Below, piece by piece: positions 1-9,684 of a stretch of 64,000 nucleotides of DNA (within the stretch, counting starts at the first letter, position 1; each line of letters starts with the position of its first letter). A program made the position numbers and the translations under genes. Below the pieces are notes generated by a model. That model was not told the DNA's origin. It did no database searches and saw only the letters and a list, made by a program, of their open reading frames with translations. The stretch covers positions 1,088,001 to 1,152,000 of the forward strand of contig OZ241329.1 in assembly GCA_965199825.1 (NCBI GenBank), written 5' to 3'. This DNA comes from Bdellovibrionales bacterium (GTDB taxonomy: Bacteria; Bdellovibrionota; Bdellovibrionia; Bdellovibrionales; UBA1609).

Positions 1-360
1 TATTTGGTTTTTATAAAAATGATCGAAATTATTTTTCTTCAATTCTTGAGCTAAAATTAAATTACTTAAAAGACGTTTTAGATGGGGACTTGCTTTTTCA
101 GAAAAAGAACTTTCGATAAGCTGAACTTCGTTTGGCCTTTTGGTTAAGATTGTATCGCGTATCAGGTCATCTTCATCTTGGTCGGCTGAGATGAAATATC
201 CATTGTCACCGAGCACGTCGACCACTGCGTAAGCGTCTTGAATATGATTTGATTCTCTAACAAACGAACTTATTATTTTTGCCGCTTCCGAAATCTCAAT
301 TTTTTTGTGGCCGTTGCTTAAAGGTTTGTCAAACTTCACAAAGGTTTGTGACCAACTCAT
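1..360 (-). CDS. Hypothetical protein, partial (3' end runs off the window edge)
   Basis: Manual translation: ATG at 360, open for 120 codons to base 1 (MSWSQTFVKFDKPLSNGHKK...). No family recognised. Confidence 0.6.
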   Translation of the reverse strand, partial: MSWSQTFVKFDKPLSNGHKKIEISEAAKIISSFVRESNHIQDAYAVVDVLGDNGYFISADQDEDDLIRDTILTKRPNEVQLIESSFSEKASPHLKRLLSNLILAQELKKNNFDHFYKNQI

Positions 361-594
361 AACTAAACTAATCTTAATTAAATAAGTTAACATATTTAGT
401 TAACTGCAGAATTTTAAGTTCGTTTGCAATCTCAAACTGAGGCGCTGAAGCTTTCGACACTATTGAGCACTTCAACACCAATCTTTCGATATCTCAAATT
501 AAAACGGTTTATAACTTTGTAAGTATCTATAATGATGAGGGTATCCAAAATGTGCTGTTGTGATTCATGGCTAAAATATTGAAGATAAAAAGGC

Positions 595-2460
595 ATGAAA
601 GCATTAACACTGAACGGTTTATTCTTCGCCTTAGCACTTCAACTCGTCGGCTGTTCGAGTCAGTTTCAGACTGTTAAGCTGAATGCTTCGGCATTGAGCC
701 AATCTTCGGTAAGCTCGTGCATTCCAAATTCACAAGTGATCTGTGCAATACCTCATGCGACAGCAATTCAACATTGCAATAGCAAAGGCCAGTTGGAAAC
801 TTGTAATGTTCAGGTTTGTTTTCCTGGTTATGACTTGAAAAATAATTCATGTGGATTGAGTGTACCAACGGCTTCACCAAATCCAGCAACTTCAAATTCA
901 CCAAGCGTTTCAACTCCACCCGTATCATCGTCTCCCGTATCAGCAGCACCTTCTTCAGACGCATCCACTTCAACTCCACCCGTTTTAACAACACCGGTAT
1001 CGACACCGCCTCCTGCACCGCAATTGGTATGTTCGCCAAACTCAACTCAATCCTGCGCAGTCGGTGCCTCAATCGGAACTCAATCGTGCAATGCTGACGG
1101 TTCGGTCTTGAATGCCTGCGGAAATTTTAGTTCATGTGTTCCGGGTTATGAGATGAAAAATCAAAATTGTGTTTTGTCACAACCCTTGGTTGCTGACGGC
1201 CAACATTTAGTTGTGATGCAATATGAAACTTGGTTTGGACCCAACGGTGCACAAACTTTTACAGACGTGGCTGCAATGCCCACTTTGACTTCGTCGAGCA
1301 TGCAGGCTGCTGGACTTGCGGGTTATGACAGTGCTGATCCCGCAATCATCGCTCAACACGCAAAATGGCTTCAAGCTATGCAAGTCGATGCGGTTCAAAT
1401 TGATCTTACTAACGGTGGCGCTTGCACTTTTAACGATGACATAAACACTTTTTGTGGTGGAAATGCGGACCGCAAAACTGGATTTTTGTCGATCAAAAAT
1501 AATTTTACTAATCTTTATAACGCTTATTCACAAATGGGAATTCCACTTAAAATCATTCCACTTATGGATGGACAAGATGACGATTTGTTTACGCTTGATA
1601 CAGACGGAAAAACTGCTTTCGAGAAAATGATGCGAAAAATTCTTGATCTTTCGACTTACTACCGCAATCAAACGGTTTATTTCCAAGGGCGCCCTTTAGT
1701 TTCAATTTACCTTGGCACTCCAGCAAGAACTGATCTTTTGCCAAAGATGCAGCAAATCTTGAATGATACTCAAATCGGAAATGTTCTGACCATCCGTTAC
1801 GTGTCAGGTGATTTAGAAAGCCAGCCTTCACAGTGGACCAATTCAAAAGGCGTTGCTGGACTTCGTGAAACCAATCTGTGGTCATGGGTAGATCGCTTAA
1901 ATTTTGGGGCTGGATTTATTCCATCTTACTCAAGAAACGGCGGAGCTCCTGAGAGTTTCACGGTAACTTCGGCAACAATGGGTTTTGACGGTTGGGGAAA
2001 TTTCGCTACTCACCAATATGCAAACGGTGTGAGCTTAAGAGGAAACGGCGAAAATCTTCGCTTATCCTTTGAATACGCAAAATCAGTGTCGCCCACATTT
2101 TTGATTATTGATCAATTCAATGAGTACAAGCAGCAAGATCAAGGTTGGGATGCCAACACCACAAATGATCTTGAACCCACAAATCTTTGGGGCAATGGCC
2201 CAATGCAATTGGCAACTCAGCTCATTGCTGATTACAAAGCGCATCTTCAGTCACCCGGAGTAGCTTTTGTGATACCTGGCTTTTTTCAGGTTCCAAATAA
2301 CGGAGCGATTTACAACTCAAATGGTTTTGCCTCATACTGCTCATTCGGAAGTTGGGATGATTATTCTCGTTCAGGTGGAGCAGAAGATCGTAGCAACGTT
2401 CTTACAGTTTCAAACGTTCCCACCGACATGCATTACGACGGCACATGTTCGGTTCCCTAA
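595..2460 (+). CDS. Lipoprotein with two Cys-rich repeats, a Ser/Pro/Thr linker and a C-terminal glycoside hydrolase-like (GH99/GH71-like) domain
   Basis: Lipobox LVGC. Two CxPNS...CN..G...C.PGY..KN..C repeats. Motifs YETWF, GYDSADPAIIAQHAKWL, GRPLV and FNE resemble GH99-like TIM barrels. Confidence 0.6.
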   Translation: MKALTLNGLFFALALQLVGCSSQFQTVKLNASALSQSSVSSCIPNSQVICAIPHATAIQHCNSKGQLETCNVQVCFPGYDLKNNSCGLSVPTASPNPATSNSPSVSTPPVSSSPVSAAPSSDASTSTPPVLTTPVSTPPPAPQLVCSPNSTQSCAVGASIGTQSCNADGSVLNACGNFSSCVPGYEMKNQNCVLSQPLVADGQHLVVMQYETWFGPNGAQTFTDVAAMPTLTSSSMQAAGLAGYDSADPAIIAQHAKWLQAMQVDAVQIDLTNGGACTFNDDINTFCGGNADRKTGFLSIKNNFTNLYNAYSQMGIPLKIIPLMDGQDDDLFTLDTDGKTAFEKMMRKILDLSTYYRNQTVYFQGRPLVSIYLGTPARTDLLPKMQQILNDTQIGNVLTIRYVSGDLESQPSQWTNSKGVAGLRETNLWSWVDRLNFGAGFIPSYSRNGGAPESFTVTSATMGFDGWGNFATHQYANGVSLRGNGENLRLSFEYAKSVSPTFLIIDQFNEYKQQDQGWDANTTNDLEPTNLWGNGPMQLATQLIADYKAHLQSPGVAFVIPGFFQVPNNGAIYNSNGFASYCSFGSWDDYSRSGGAEDRSNVLTVSNVPTDMHYDGTCSVP

Positions 2461-3401
2461 TTTAAAAGCGAATCGCATTTCTCGTATTTTAAAACTTTTG
2501 CGATTTCGCTTTCGAGCTCTTCGTTGGTTTCACCCAAAATTGCGAGAGCGGCTCGGCTAAATGTGGATGAGGGCAGCTCCATCAATAACTCTCTTGCATG
2601 CTGAAGCTGAGAGAGTCTCTCTTGATAAATCTTAAGATGAATTTTTGCGACAACCAAAAGATTTGGCCGCATTTCCCATTGGGTATTAAAAAATCGAAAG
2701 TCGGGACCTGCTCCGGGAAATCGAACCCCAACCGCCTCAAGAAATGAATCCGAATTTAAAAGAGTAGAGCGAATATTTTGCTCCGCAGTGAGCTCTTTAA
2801 TTTGGGCAGACCGTCTGGGTGAAAATAAAGCGAATTCATTGAGGAACTGTTCGCGGAACTCATCGGTAAATGAAGTCATCAATTGGTGAGAGACTGCGCC
2901 GGTGGCGAGTCGTTGATAGATTTCAACAGCATCAAAATTTAAAAACAAATCAACTGCATACTGAATAAAAAAATAATCAAAATGAGTGGTGCGAAACAAT
3001 TTGTTTTGAAGTTGAAAAATGCGATCGCCAAACACTTCGGAATAATTCCAATTTACCCAGGGACTTTCAGTCACCAATTTCATCATTATATGAGACTGTT
3101 CTTTTAACTTTGATCTCCATTCGTACTGGATTTTGGTTGATCCTTTACGATCAACTTTTTCAAATTCTTTGAGTGACTGCTCATAAGTTGTGACCAGTCC
3201 CAGGTGTTCGGGATGGGCCTTGGCCCAGTCTTCAAAAATATCGAGGTGTTCCCAATTCAAGTGATCAAAGTGCAGATCTGGCTTTTGGGTGAACAGATGA
3301 GTTTTAAATTCCGAAAGCCTAAGTTCACGCAATGAAGTGATAAAATTGATTTCGGCTTGTGAGGGCAAAAGAGCAAAGAACACAAATATCGCATTCAACA
3401 C
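2457..3401 (-). CDS. Secreted hypothetical protein with C-terminal CxxLL tag
   Basis: 314-aa ORF; signal peptide ending PSQA; ends EKCDSLLN. Confidence 0.7.
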   Translation of the reverse strand: MLNAIFVFFALLPSQAEINFITSLRELRLSEFKTHLFTQKPDLHFDHLNWEHLDIFEDWAKAHPEHLGLVTTYEQSLKEFEKVDRKGSTKIQYEWRSKLKEQSHIMMKLVTESPWVNWNYSEVFGDRIFQLQNKLFRTTHFDYFFIQYAVDLFLNFDAVEIYQRLATGAVSHQLMTSFTDEFREQFLNEFALFSPRRSAQIKELTAEQNIRSTLLNSDSFLEAVGVRFPGAGPDFRFFNTQWEMRPNLLVVAKIHLKIYQERLSQLQHARELLMELPSSTFSRAALAILGETNEELESEIAKVLKYEKCDSLLN

Positions 3402-3480
3402 AAAAATCCTTTTCGTGTTTGTTGTTAATTAATTATGAAGGTTTCGCGACATTTTGTCAAATTGGTAAGGTCGGGTCTTG

Positions 3481-3506
3481 AAAGCCCCGGGCAAAGGCCT
3501 GGGGCT
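3481..3506 (-). terminator. Probable intrinsic terminator hairpin
   Basis: AGCCCCGGG...CCTGGGGCT inverted repeat just downstream of the 3531 stop. Confidence 0.5.
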
Positions 3507-3530
3507 ATATAAATCGGACAGGTTTGTAAA

Positions 3531-4109
3531 TTAATTTTGATTATCGACGGTGGTGCCTTCGAGATGATCTTTAGCCCAGAGTACAGCAACTTTATTGGCA
3601 ATGCTGACCGTTTGATTTACAAATTGGCTACTGCGAAACGCTGAAAAATTAATCGCAGAAGATTCGCCAAAGGCTTCGGGAGTTAATTTTAAACCATCTT
3701 CGGTATTTTGATATTTACCGTAAACGTAGATGGCTTCTGAAGAAGTAGCAAAGCTGTAAAAAACTTGGATAATGTAGCGGTCTTGAGTGTCACCGTCTAA
3801 GGCAAGATAACGCACAACAAATTTATCGAATCTGCTTAAAAATAATTGATCACCGTCACTCAGATTTGAATTGTAGGTTTGCATGACATCAGTTTCGGTG
3901 CCGTTATTGGTGCGCAATTTAATTTCGCCCATGTCTGTAACCAATGAGCATTCGATCATTTTAGATTTGGGTGAAAAGCAGATTTTGTCGCCTTCAGCCC
4001 ATTTTTCGGGGGTCGTTTCGAGATGGAATTTTCCATCTTTTTTAACATATTCTGAACCGAACGCGGACATACTGAGTCCCATAAGAAGGCCGATGATTAC
4101 TGAGCGCAT
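3531..4109 (-). CDS. Secreted hypothetical protein
   Basis: Start moved to ATG 4109 (GGAG RBS), giving signal peptide MRSVIIGLLMGLSMSAFG. Confidence 0.75.
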   Translation of the reverse strand: MRSVIIGLLMGLSMSAFGSEYVKKDGKFHLETTPEKWAEGDKICFSPKSKMIECSLVTDMGEIKLRTNNGTETDVMQTYNSNLSDGDQLFLSRFDKFVVRYLALDGDTQDRYIIQVFYSFATSSEAIYVYGKYQNTEDGLKLTPEAFGESSAINFSAFRSSQFVNQTVSIANKVAVLWAKDHLEGTTVDNQN

Positions 4110-4148
4110 AATTTCTCCATTCAATTGTTTTTAAAGAAAAACGGTTTA

Positions 4149-4164
4149 TGCCAATCTTGTCCCA
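4149..4164 (-). promoter_or_regulatory. Possible sigma54 -24/-12 promoter
   Basis: Minus strand TGGGAC-AAGAT-TGGCA with correct GG/GC spacing, 40 nt upstream of the start. Confidence 0.35.
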
Positions 4165-4218
4165 CAAAAGAATTTTTTATTCACGCGCATTTTAGGAATT
4201 TCATTCTGAAGTGGAACA

Positions 4219-4575
4219 ATGATAAGAAATTCCATGCTTAACATTATTTTTTTCTCAGGAATTTTATTCGCTCAACCCATTAACAATCTTCAAACTTGTC
4301 TTATGACAGAGGCTCGCATCTACGTTGAGGCTCCTGCTGTCACCGGGCGTATGAAAGAAAGTCTCGATGTTGACCGCGCCTATGATGCCATCGTTAATAA
4401 TCAGCATCAGTTTTGCACTGAACAAGCGATGACGCTCACGGGGAAAAATACACAATCTCAAATGGTGGCAGAAATTTGCCATGCGATTGAGATGACGTTA
4501 TTAAAATTTTTAAATCATCAACAGGTCGACGCACTTTTTAGTGACTCCGAAGCCTGTCGGAGGCTTCGGTTATGA
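4219..4575 (+). CDS. Small secreted hypothetical protein
   Basis: 118 aa with hydrophobic N-terminus; overlaps the next gene (ATGA). Confidence 0.6.
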   Translation: MIRNSMLNIIFFSGILFAQPINNLQTCLMTEARIYVEAPAVTGRMKESLDVDRAYDAIVNNQHQFCTEQAMTLTGKNTQSQMVAEICHAIEMTLLKFLNHQQVDALFSDSEACRRLRL

Positions 4576-5633
4576 TTTTTGCACTCTGCTTGTGGCTTCA
4601 ATTTGCATCAGCCCAACCTCAAATGGGTATTGTTGGTGATAGCGGTTCAACAGGTGTGGCCACAAACCCAAGACTCTCGACCGAATTGACCAGCCTTCTT
4701 GGCCTGGGTTACAAAAGTTTTTTAGAATTAGATGTTCCTGACGAACTACCTTCGTACGCAAGTTTTACCTCACCCGAAGAATTTAACCTCACCAATCCCA
4801 TCAAACCTTTGCGTCGAGTTTTTTATAGCGAACAAGAGGTCAAAGACGGATCAAAGTTTGATCTGTATCAACATTCATTAGTCGCTCGTAAAGTGGATAT
4901 CGAAGAGTACAGTTGGGGCTATCTTGTGGGGCGAAAGCTCAAATTTGAACCGCAAGATATCGTGATGGCTTCTGAAGATGGAAAGCGCATCGAAACCATC
5001 AGCGCTCAATTTGGTCGTCTGAGTGAGGTGAGTCCCGATTTTTTACCTTCGGTGATTTTTGTGTCCTACTCAGCCAATGACATTTGTCATGAGGACAATT
5101 TAACCAAACCGCTTGATCAACTCAAATCCGAATATGCCCAATCTTTGGTGAAACAATTTGATCAGATCGAACAACAGTACAAATTCGATCCCAATAACGG
5201 AACAACCATTTATCTCTTGGCCCCTTTGCCATTTACTCAGATCCTGACAAGCCCCTCAATCAATCAAAAGCAAATTCCATTTCATGGTGGACGGGTGACC
5301 TGTGGCGATTTGCGAGAAGATCGGGTTCATCGCAAAGTTTTTGGTAAAGATTTGGCCGACGCCCTAAAAGGGGAATGCCCTTTGATCTTAAAAACCAAAC
5401 CCTCGGATCAGGCGCGGATTGAAAAGTTGAGGTCAATTTATCAGACTTTGCTTGATGCTCAGGTTGAAGCATTAAGGACGATTGCGCCCACGAACGGATT
5501 TAAATTTGAGTATATTCCAGAAATTTCGTCTATCGAAATGGACGCCGACGATGTTGTGAATGATTGCTTTCACCCATCTCTTTCTGGGCACACCAAGATT
5601 GCGCGCTCGATTCTTAAACATATTGGTCACTGA
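4572..5633 (+). CDS. SGNH/GDSL-family hydrolase, secreted
   Basis: GDS block I (IVGDSGST), SANDIC block III, DCFHPS block V; signal peptide. Confidence 0.85.
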   Translation: MIFALCLWLQFASAQPQMGIVGDSGSTGVATNPRLSTELTSLLGLGYKSFLELDVPDELPSYASFTSPEEFNLTNPIKPLRRVFYSEQEVKDGSKFDLYQHSLVARKVDIEEYSWGYLVGRKLKFEPQDIVMASEDGKRIETISAQFGRLSEVSPDFLPSVIFVSYSANDICHEDNLTKPLDQLKSEYAQSLVKQFDQIEQQYKFDPNNGTTIYLLAPLPFTQILTSPSINQKQIPFHGGRVTCGDLREDRVHRKVFGKDLADALKGECPLILKTKPSDQARIEKLRSIYQTLLDAQVEALRTIAPTNGFKFEYIPEISSIEMDADDVVNDCFHPSLSGHTKIARSILKHIGH

Positions 5634-5687
5634 CAAGCGGCGTAAACTCTCGGCCAGATTTAATAAGTTGGTGTACTGTCTCTTGCT

Positions 5688-6194
5688 ATGAGAAAAGCAG
5701 CACTCCTCAAAACCCCACTGATGGTCTTGGCCCTGGTGGGTATCATGTACGCGATGAAAAAGTTAAATCGGGGGGCATTTACCCCGGCTATCAACCAAGT
5801 GTTGGGTGTTGAAGACGAGGCTCGTCGAGCAAATCCGGTTCTCCCACATATCATTTGGTGTGATTCAAGAGTGGTTGAAATCGAAAAGCCTGGGGTTTTT
5901 CGACTTTATCAACAAGGTTCAAAGTGGCTGTGGGAGGCTCATAGCAAGTCTCATGAGGTCGATTTCTTAAGTGTCGAAAAGTGGTTTGCCAGTTTTTGCT
6001 CAATCCCGGCGATCCCCGCACCGTCGCAATTAAAGTTTGAGCCCTTTTTGAAGATTAAATTTGTCAATGGCAAGACCGAAGCGTTTACCCGCAAAGGTGA
6101 AATTATCAAATGGATGGACCAAAGTTTTTTGGGTCACGACCTCGACGAAGCATTAAGTGTTCTACAAAAACTCGCAGATGGGAACGCCAGTTGA
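5688..6194 (+). CDS. Hypothetical protein with N-terminal membrane anchor
   Basis: 168-aa ORF with one hydrophobic N-terminal helix. Confidence 0.7.
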   Translation: MRKAALLKTPLMVLALVGIMYAMKKLNRGAFTPAINQVLGVEDEARRANPVLPHIIWCDSRVVEIEKPGVFRLYQQGSKWLWEAHSKSHEVDFLSVEKWFASFCSIPAIPAPSQLKFEPFLKIKFVNGKTEAFTRKGEIIKWMDQSFLGHDLDEALSVLQKLADGNAS

Positions 6195-6231
6195 CTTTCA
6201 CCACGTCATTTTTTAAACCTAACTCTCCCGT

Positions 6232-6307
6232 TCAGGCGTAGCTCAGTCGGTAGAGCAGGTGACTGTTAATCACCCTGTCGGCGGTTCGATTCCGTCCGCC
6301 TGAGCCA
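6232..6307 (+). tRNA. tRNA-Asn (GTT)
   Basis: 76-nt cloverleaf: acceptor TCAGGCG/CGCCTGA, anticodon arm GGTGA-CTGTTAA-TCACC, T-loop TTCGATT, encoded CCA. TTGACT-N17-TAAACC promoter-like site at 6191. Confidence 0.97.
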
Positions 6308-6311
6308 ACTT

Positions 6312-6416
6312 ACCTTTTGATGTTTAAAAAAGCGCTGTCCTCGCGAATACACTGCGGAACGCACTTTTTTAAACATCAAAAGGTTTACTTTAAAGTGCTG
6401 TCCTCGCGGGTACACC
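6312..6416. repeat. REP-like element: perfect 21-bp inverted repeat plus a duplicated core
   Basis: ACCTTTTGATGTTTAAAAAAG (6312-6332) pairs with 6364-6384. Core AAAGYGCTGTCCTCGCGRRTACAC occurs twice (~6329, ~6392). Confidence 0.7.
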
Positions 6417-6460
6417 AGTGGGGGCTGTGACAACAATCATGAGAACTCCTAAATTAGGCC

Positions 6461-7075
6461 TTAGTCTTTTATTAGAGCTACCGCTTTTTTGATCTCTTCG
6501 GATCTTGGATCAAAGCCACATCCCGAAATCCTTTTGAGCCAAGATTCTTTGTTTGCCTTCATATCCCAGGGGCCCGATTTTTTTTCGACATTGGTTTTTA
6601 TAATTTCAAATTGAACGTCGATGCTCTTTTTGGCTAAAGCTTCGATCAATGTGGGCTCCGACTTTTCAAGTTTGATCTGCTCAAAATGACTTGGATTCAC
6701 GTTTGATAAATTTCTGCCAAAGGCGCGGTTATTTTCACCGTTAAAAATATCGATATACTCTTTTTGTTTAGACTTAGGCTCTTCGATCAGTGTGAGTCGG
6801 TGCTCATATTTTTGGCGCATGCTCGCAAGGTCGTAAACAATTTCGTTAGCCACGTAAGTGGGACGAGCGGTCATTTTGGCTTGGTAGCTTGAGCCGTCGG
6901 TGTAGGTCATATAACAAAGTTTTGTGGACCCATCACAAATAAAGTAGCCGGAGCTCGGGCGGTATTGATCAACCACAGTGGATGTTAAGGTTTTTTGACA
7001 TTCCAAAATCTTATTTAAGTTTTCGGCCCAGGATTGGAGAGCAAAGAACATAAAAATCAGTGCGCTAGGTTTCAT
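6461..7075 (-). CDS. Secreted hypothetical protein
   Basis: Signal peptide ending QSWA, followed by ...ILECQKTL. Confidence 0.75.
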   Translation of the reverse strand: MKPSALIFMFFALQSWAENLNKILECQKTLTSTVVDQYRPSSGYFICDGSTKLCYMTYTDGSSYQAKMTARPTYVANEIVYDLASMRQKYEHRLTLIEEPKSKQKEYIDIFNGENNRAFGRNLSNVNPSHFEQIKLEKSEPTLIEALAKKSIDVQFEIIKTNVEKKSGPWDMKANKESWLKRISGCGFDPRSEEIKKAVALIKD

Positions 7076-7119
7076 ATTTAAGCTCTTTTCTTTTTGTAAG
7101 GTAAACCCAAAATAACTGT

Positions 7120-7533
7120 TTACGGATGAAATTTAAGTCCGTCCAGTGCTTTGCTTACCAACTTGGTATCACCATAAAAAGCAAGGCCAACCAATTTTGT
7201 GTCTTCGTCATTTGTGCTGGCAATCAACTCTAAATTTTCTGACTCTGATTTTGTGGCAAAAAGATTTTCGGTATAAATACCGATTTGGAGATCGCGATCT
7301 TTGGCTCTTTGAAAGGCCCGGTCGATTTCCGATTGGGTTTCGGCTTTATAAATCAGAATCGGCATTTTTATAAATGGCAGGTACTGCTGTTTGGACTGCG
7401 TCACAAAGGGGGCGCCGTGGGTCTCTGGGTTACCGATCGCAACAGCACTAGATAAAAAAGCGACAACGTTCATTTTTTGCCAATCCAGCAGGTCAACACG
7501 AATCACCAGCGCAATTTTTGGATGAGCGATCAT
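7120..7533 (-). CDS. DUF2000-family protein
   Basis: KIALVIRxDLxxWQKMNVxAFL N-terminus and LVGLAFYG...ALDGLKFHP C-terminus. Confidence 0.75.
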   Translation of the reverse strand: MIAHPKIALVIRVDLLDWQKMNVVAFLSSAVAIGNPETHGAPFVTQSKQQYLPFIKMPILIYKAETQSEIDRAFQRAKDRDLQIGIYTENLFATKSESENLELIASTNDEDTKLVGLAFYGDTKLVSKALDGLKFHP

Positions 7534-8480
7534 TTTTTTATTTCCTTAATCATTTGAATATTGCAGCGCTCATTCGGAGTCGCAGAACTCTCAATTTTTT
7601 TAAACCCAAGTTTGTAGTACAATTGGATCGCTGCAGTGAGCGAGGTGTTGCTTTCAAGATAAATGCGGCTAGCGCCAAGACTCTGAGCCTTTTTTATCGC
7701 AGCCTCGCCTAAAAGGCGACCAATGCTTCTTCCTCTTGCTGCGGGTGCTACTGCCATCTTCATCAGCTCAAATGTTTTTTTTGATTGAGGTTTAAGAGCG
7801 CAAACACCGACCGGGTTGTCGTTGAGTAACGCCACCAGGATTTTGCCGCCCTGATTCAAGATATATTTCTTGGGAAAATTGAGAACCTCGATATCCGGTT
7901 TTTCAAGCCGGAAATGTTGAATGATCCATTGTGTGTTGAGATCGCGAAACGCCGATTTATATTTTGGTAAGTAGTCAATAATCTGGATAACTCCGGATTC
8001 ACGATTTTTTTTGATTCTCTCAACGCGTTCAAAAAATGGGATGCTCACAAGTAATTTTTCCCATTCTTGGAGAGCGGCCCACAGATTATGGAAGGCCTTG
8101 CTCTCCATTTCAGAAATCGCGTTTTCAACATCGGTGTATTGCAGCTGCATCTGTTGAGCGAGCTTTCGGCCATGATCTGAAAGATCAATTAAATTTCGTC
8201 GACCATCTTTTTTGTCGGGCTTACTCCTAATCAAATTTGCGGTGAGCATTTCGTTTAGGATTCGCCCAGCCGACACATGAGAATGCCCAATTGCATTTGC
8301 AATTTCAGCTGCCGAACTTTGTTTTTGTTGAGACAAAAAATAAAACGTAGAGAACCATTTTGGCTCGAGCTCGTTGCCGTAGAGCGCGTAGATTTTTTTA
8401 GCGTCATCGGCAAATAATTCGCCCAAATGCCGCAGTCGTGAGCCAAGACTCATTTTGCCGGTCTGATCATAAAATTTCAT
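7530..8480 (-). CDS. MarR-family HTH fused to GNAT acetyltransferase
   Basis: LGSRLR and DKKDGRRNLI winged helix; KMAVAPAARGRSIGRLL acetyl-CoA motif; LESNT..AAIQLYYKLGF. Confidence 0.9.
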   Translation of the reverse strand: MKFYDQTGKMSLGSRLRHLGELFADDAKKIYALYGNELEPKWFSTFYFLSQQKQSSAAEIANAIGHSHVSAGRILNEMLTANLIRSKPDKKDGRRNLIDLSDHGRKLAQQMQLQYTDVENAISEMESKAFHNLWAALQEWEKLLVSIPFFERVERIKKNRESGVIQIIDYLPKYKSAFRDLNTQWIIQHFRLEKPDIEVLNFPKKYILNQGGKILVALLNDNPVGVCALKPQSKKTFELMKMAVAPAARGRSIGRLLGEAAIKKAQSLGASRIYLESNTSLTAAIQLYYKLGFKKIESSATPNERCNIQMIKEIKK

Positions 8481-8533
8481 GGTTTTTTATGTAACTGGTT
8501 ACGTAATTTGTAAAGGGTTTTTGGCTGTTTTAT

Positions 8534-9643
8534 TTATTTATCTGTGGGTGGGTTTAAAAGATTCGTTTCGGTTATCGGCTCTTCAATATTTAAAACGTTT
8601 AGAGTTCTTGTTAGATAATCAGTGCACAAACGCGCTCCAATCTTTATCAGGTCTTTCGACAAAGTGACTGAACGCGACAACACCGGATTTGTGACCTGCG
8701 CATGTTGAATCGCAATTTCAACCGTGGGCTTTAATATTTTTGTAGGGATTTCTGCCGCAATATGAGTTTGAGCGTTTGAGCGGCCTAGACGTATTTGTCG
8801 CAGCTCCCAAAGTTCATCAACCTTGGTGTGAGAGCTGCGAAGCTCCCATTCTCTTTGAGGCATCTTGGCGTTGGGCTCTTTATAAAGATTAAACCAATGA
8901 AGGGTGTTTGGATCTTTGTCCCAATTGCTCATCCTCCAAAAAAGATTCCATTGGATTTGGCGAGCGAAATGAGGATGCTCGCTATAAAGCTCATCAATAA
9001 ACAGATCCATAAACTCCAATCCGAGTGCTGGATATTTTCGGGTACGCAAAGGTTTGCCATTGTTGCGTGCAAACCATTGCCCTTGATACTCATCATATTC
9101 TGGCCGGTAGTTGTTTAGATTGCGAAGAAAAGTGGATTCGTCCTCGACCCACGCGAGAGGCAAATTTAATTTTTTGGCGAGGCGATTTTCGGCGCGAGCA
9201 ATGATGTCGGCAACATGCAACGACCATTCTTGATTTGTTTGGTCGATCGCACTGACTTCAATCAATCGTTGGCGAGTTTTAGGATTTTGCATGCGGGCCT
9301 CATATTCTGCCACGCTGTAATATTCAGGACGAATTTGTCGAAGAAGATCAGGATTTGCAGCCAGCTGAATTTCGACCTTTTTTAAGAAATCGGTAAAACA
9401 AAAATTCGGTAAAATTCTAAGGTCGATATTTTGTCTGGTAAGAAGATCAAGAAAATTTCGTTCCGATGCGAGCTCCGCAGTGCGATCAGCAAGATAAGTC
9501 GAGGCTTGTTGAGGTGAGATTAAAACATGTGATGAAATGACAACGGCTGCGCTGCCAGCAAGAACCTGCCGGCGTGAGAGTTCGATAGCTTCAACTTTTA
9601 AAAAAAAGAGTAGTAAAAACAAAACTTTTCCCCACCAGAACAT
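8534..9643 (-). CDS. Secreted hypothetical protein with a twin-arginine-like motif after the signal peptide
   Basis: Probable start ATG 9643: MFWWGKVLFLLLFFLKVEA|IELSRRQVLAGSAAVVI; RLCTDYL near the C-terminus. Confidence 0.65.
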   Translation of the reverse strand: MFWWGKVLFLLLFFLKVEAIELSRRQVLAGSAAVVISSHVLISPQQASTYLADRTAELASERNFLDLLTRQNIDLRILPNFCFTDFLKKVEIQLAANPDLLRQIRPEYYSVAEYEARMQNPKTRQRLIEVSAIDQTNQEWSLHVADIIARAENRLAKKLNLPLAWVEDESTFLRNLNNYRPEYDEYQGQWFARNNGKPLRTRKYPALGLEFMDLFIDELYSEHPHFARQIQWNLFWRMSNWDKDPNTLHWFNLYKEPNAKMPQREWELRSSHTKVDELWELRQIRLGRSNAQTHIAAEIPTKILKPTVEIAIQHAQVTNPVLSRSVTLSKDLIKIGARLCTDYLTRTLNVLNIEEPITETNLLNPPTDK

Positions 9644-9684
9644 TGAGAGGAAGTTGCAGTAATTCAATTTGAGATTCAAATCAA

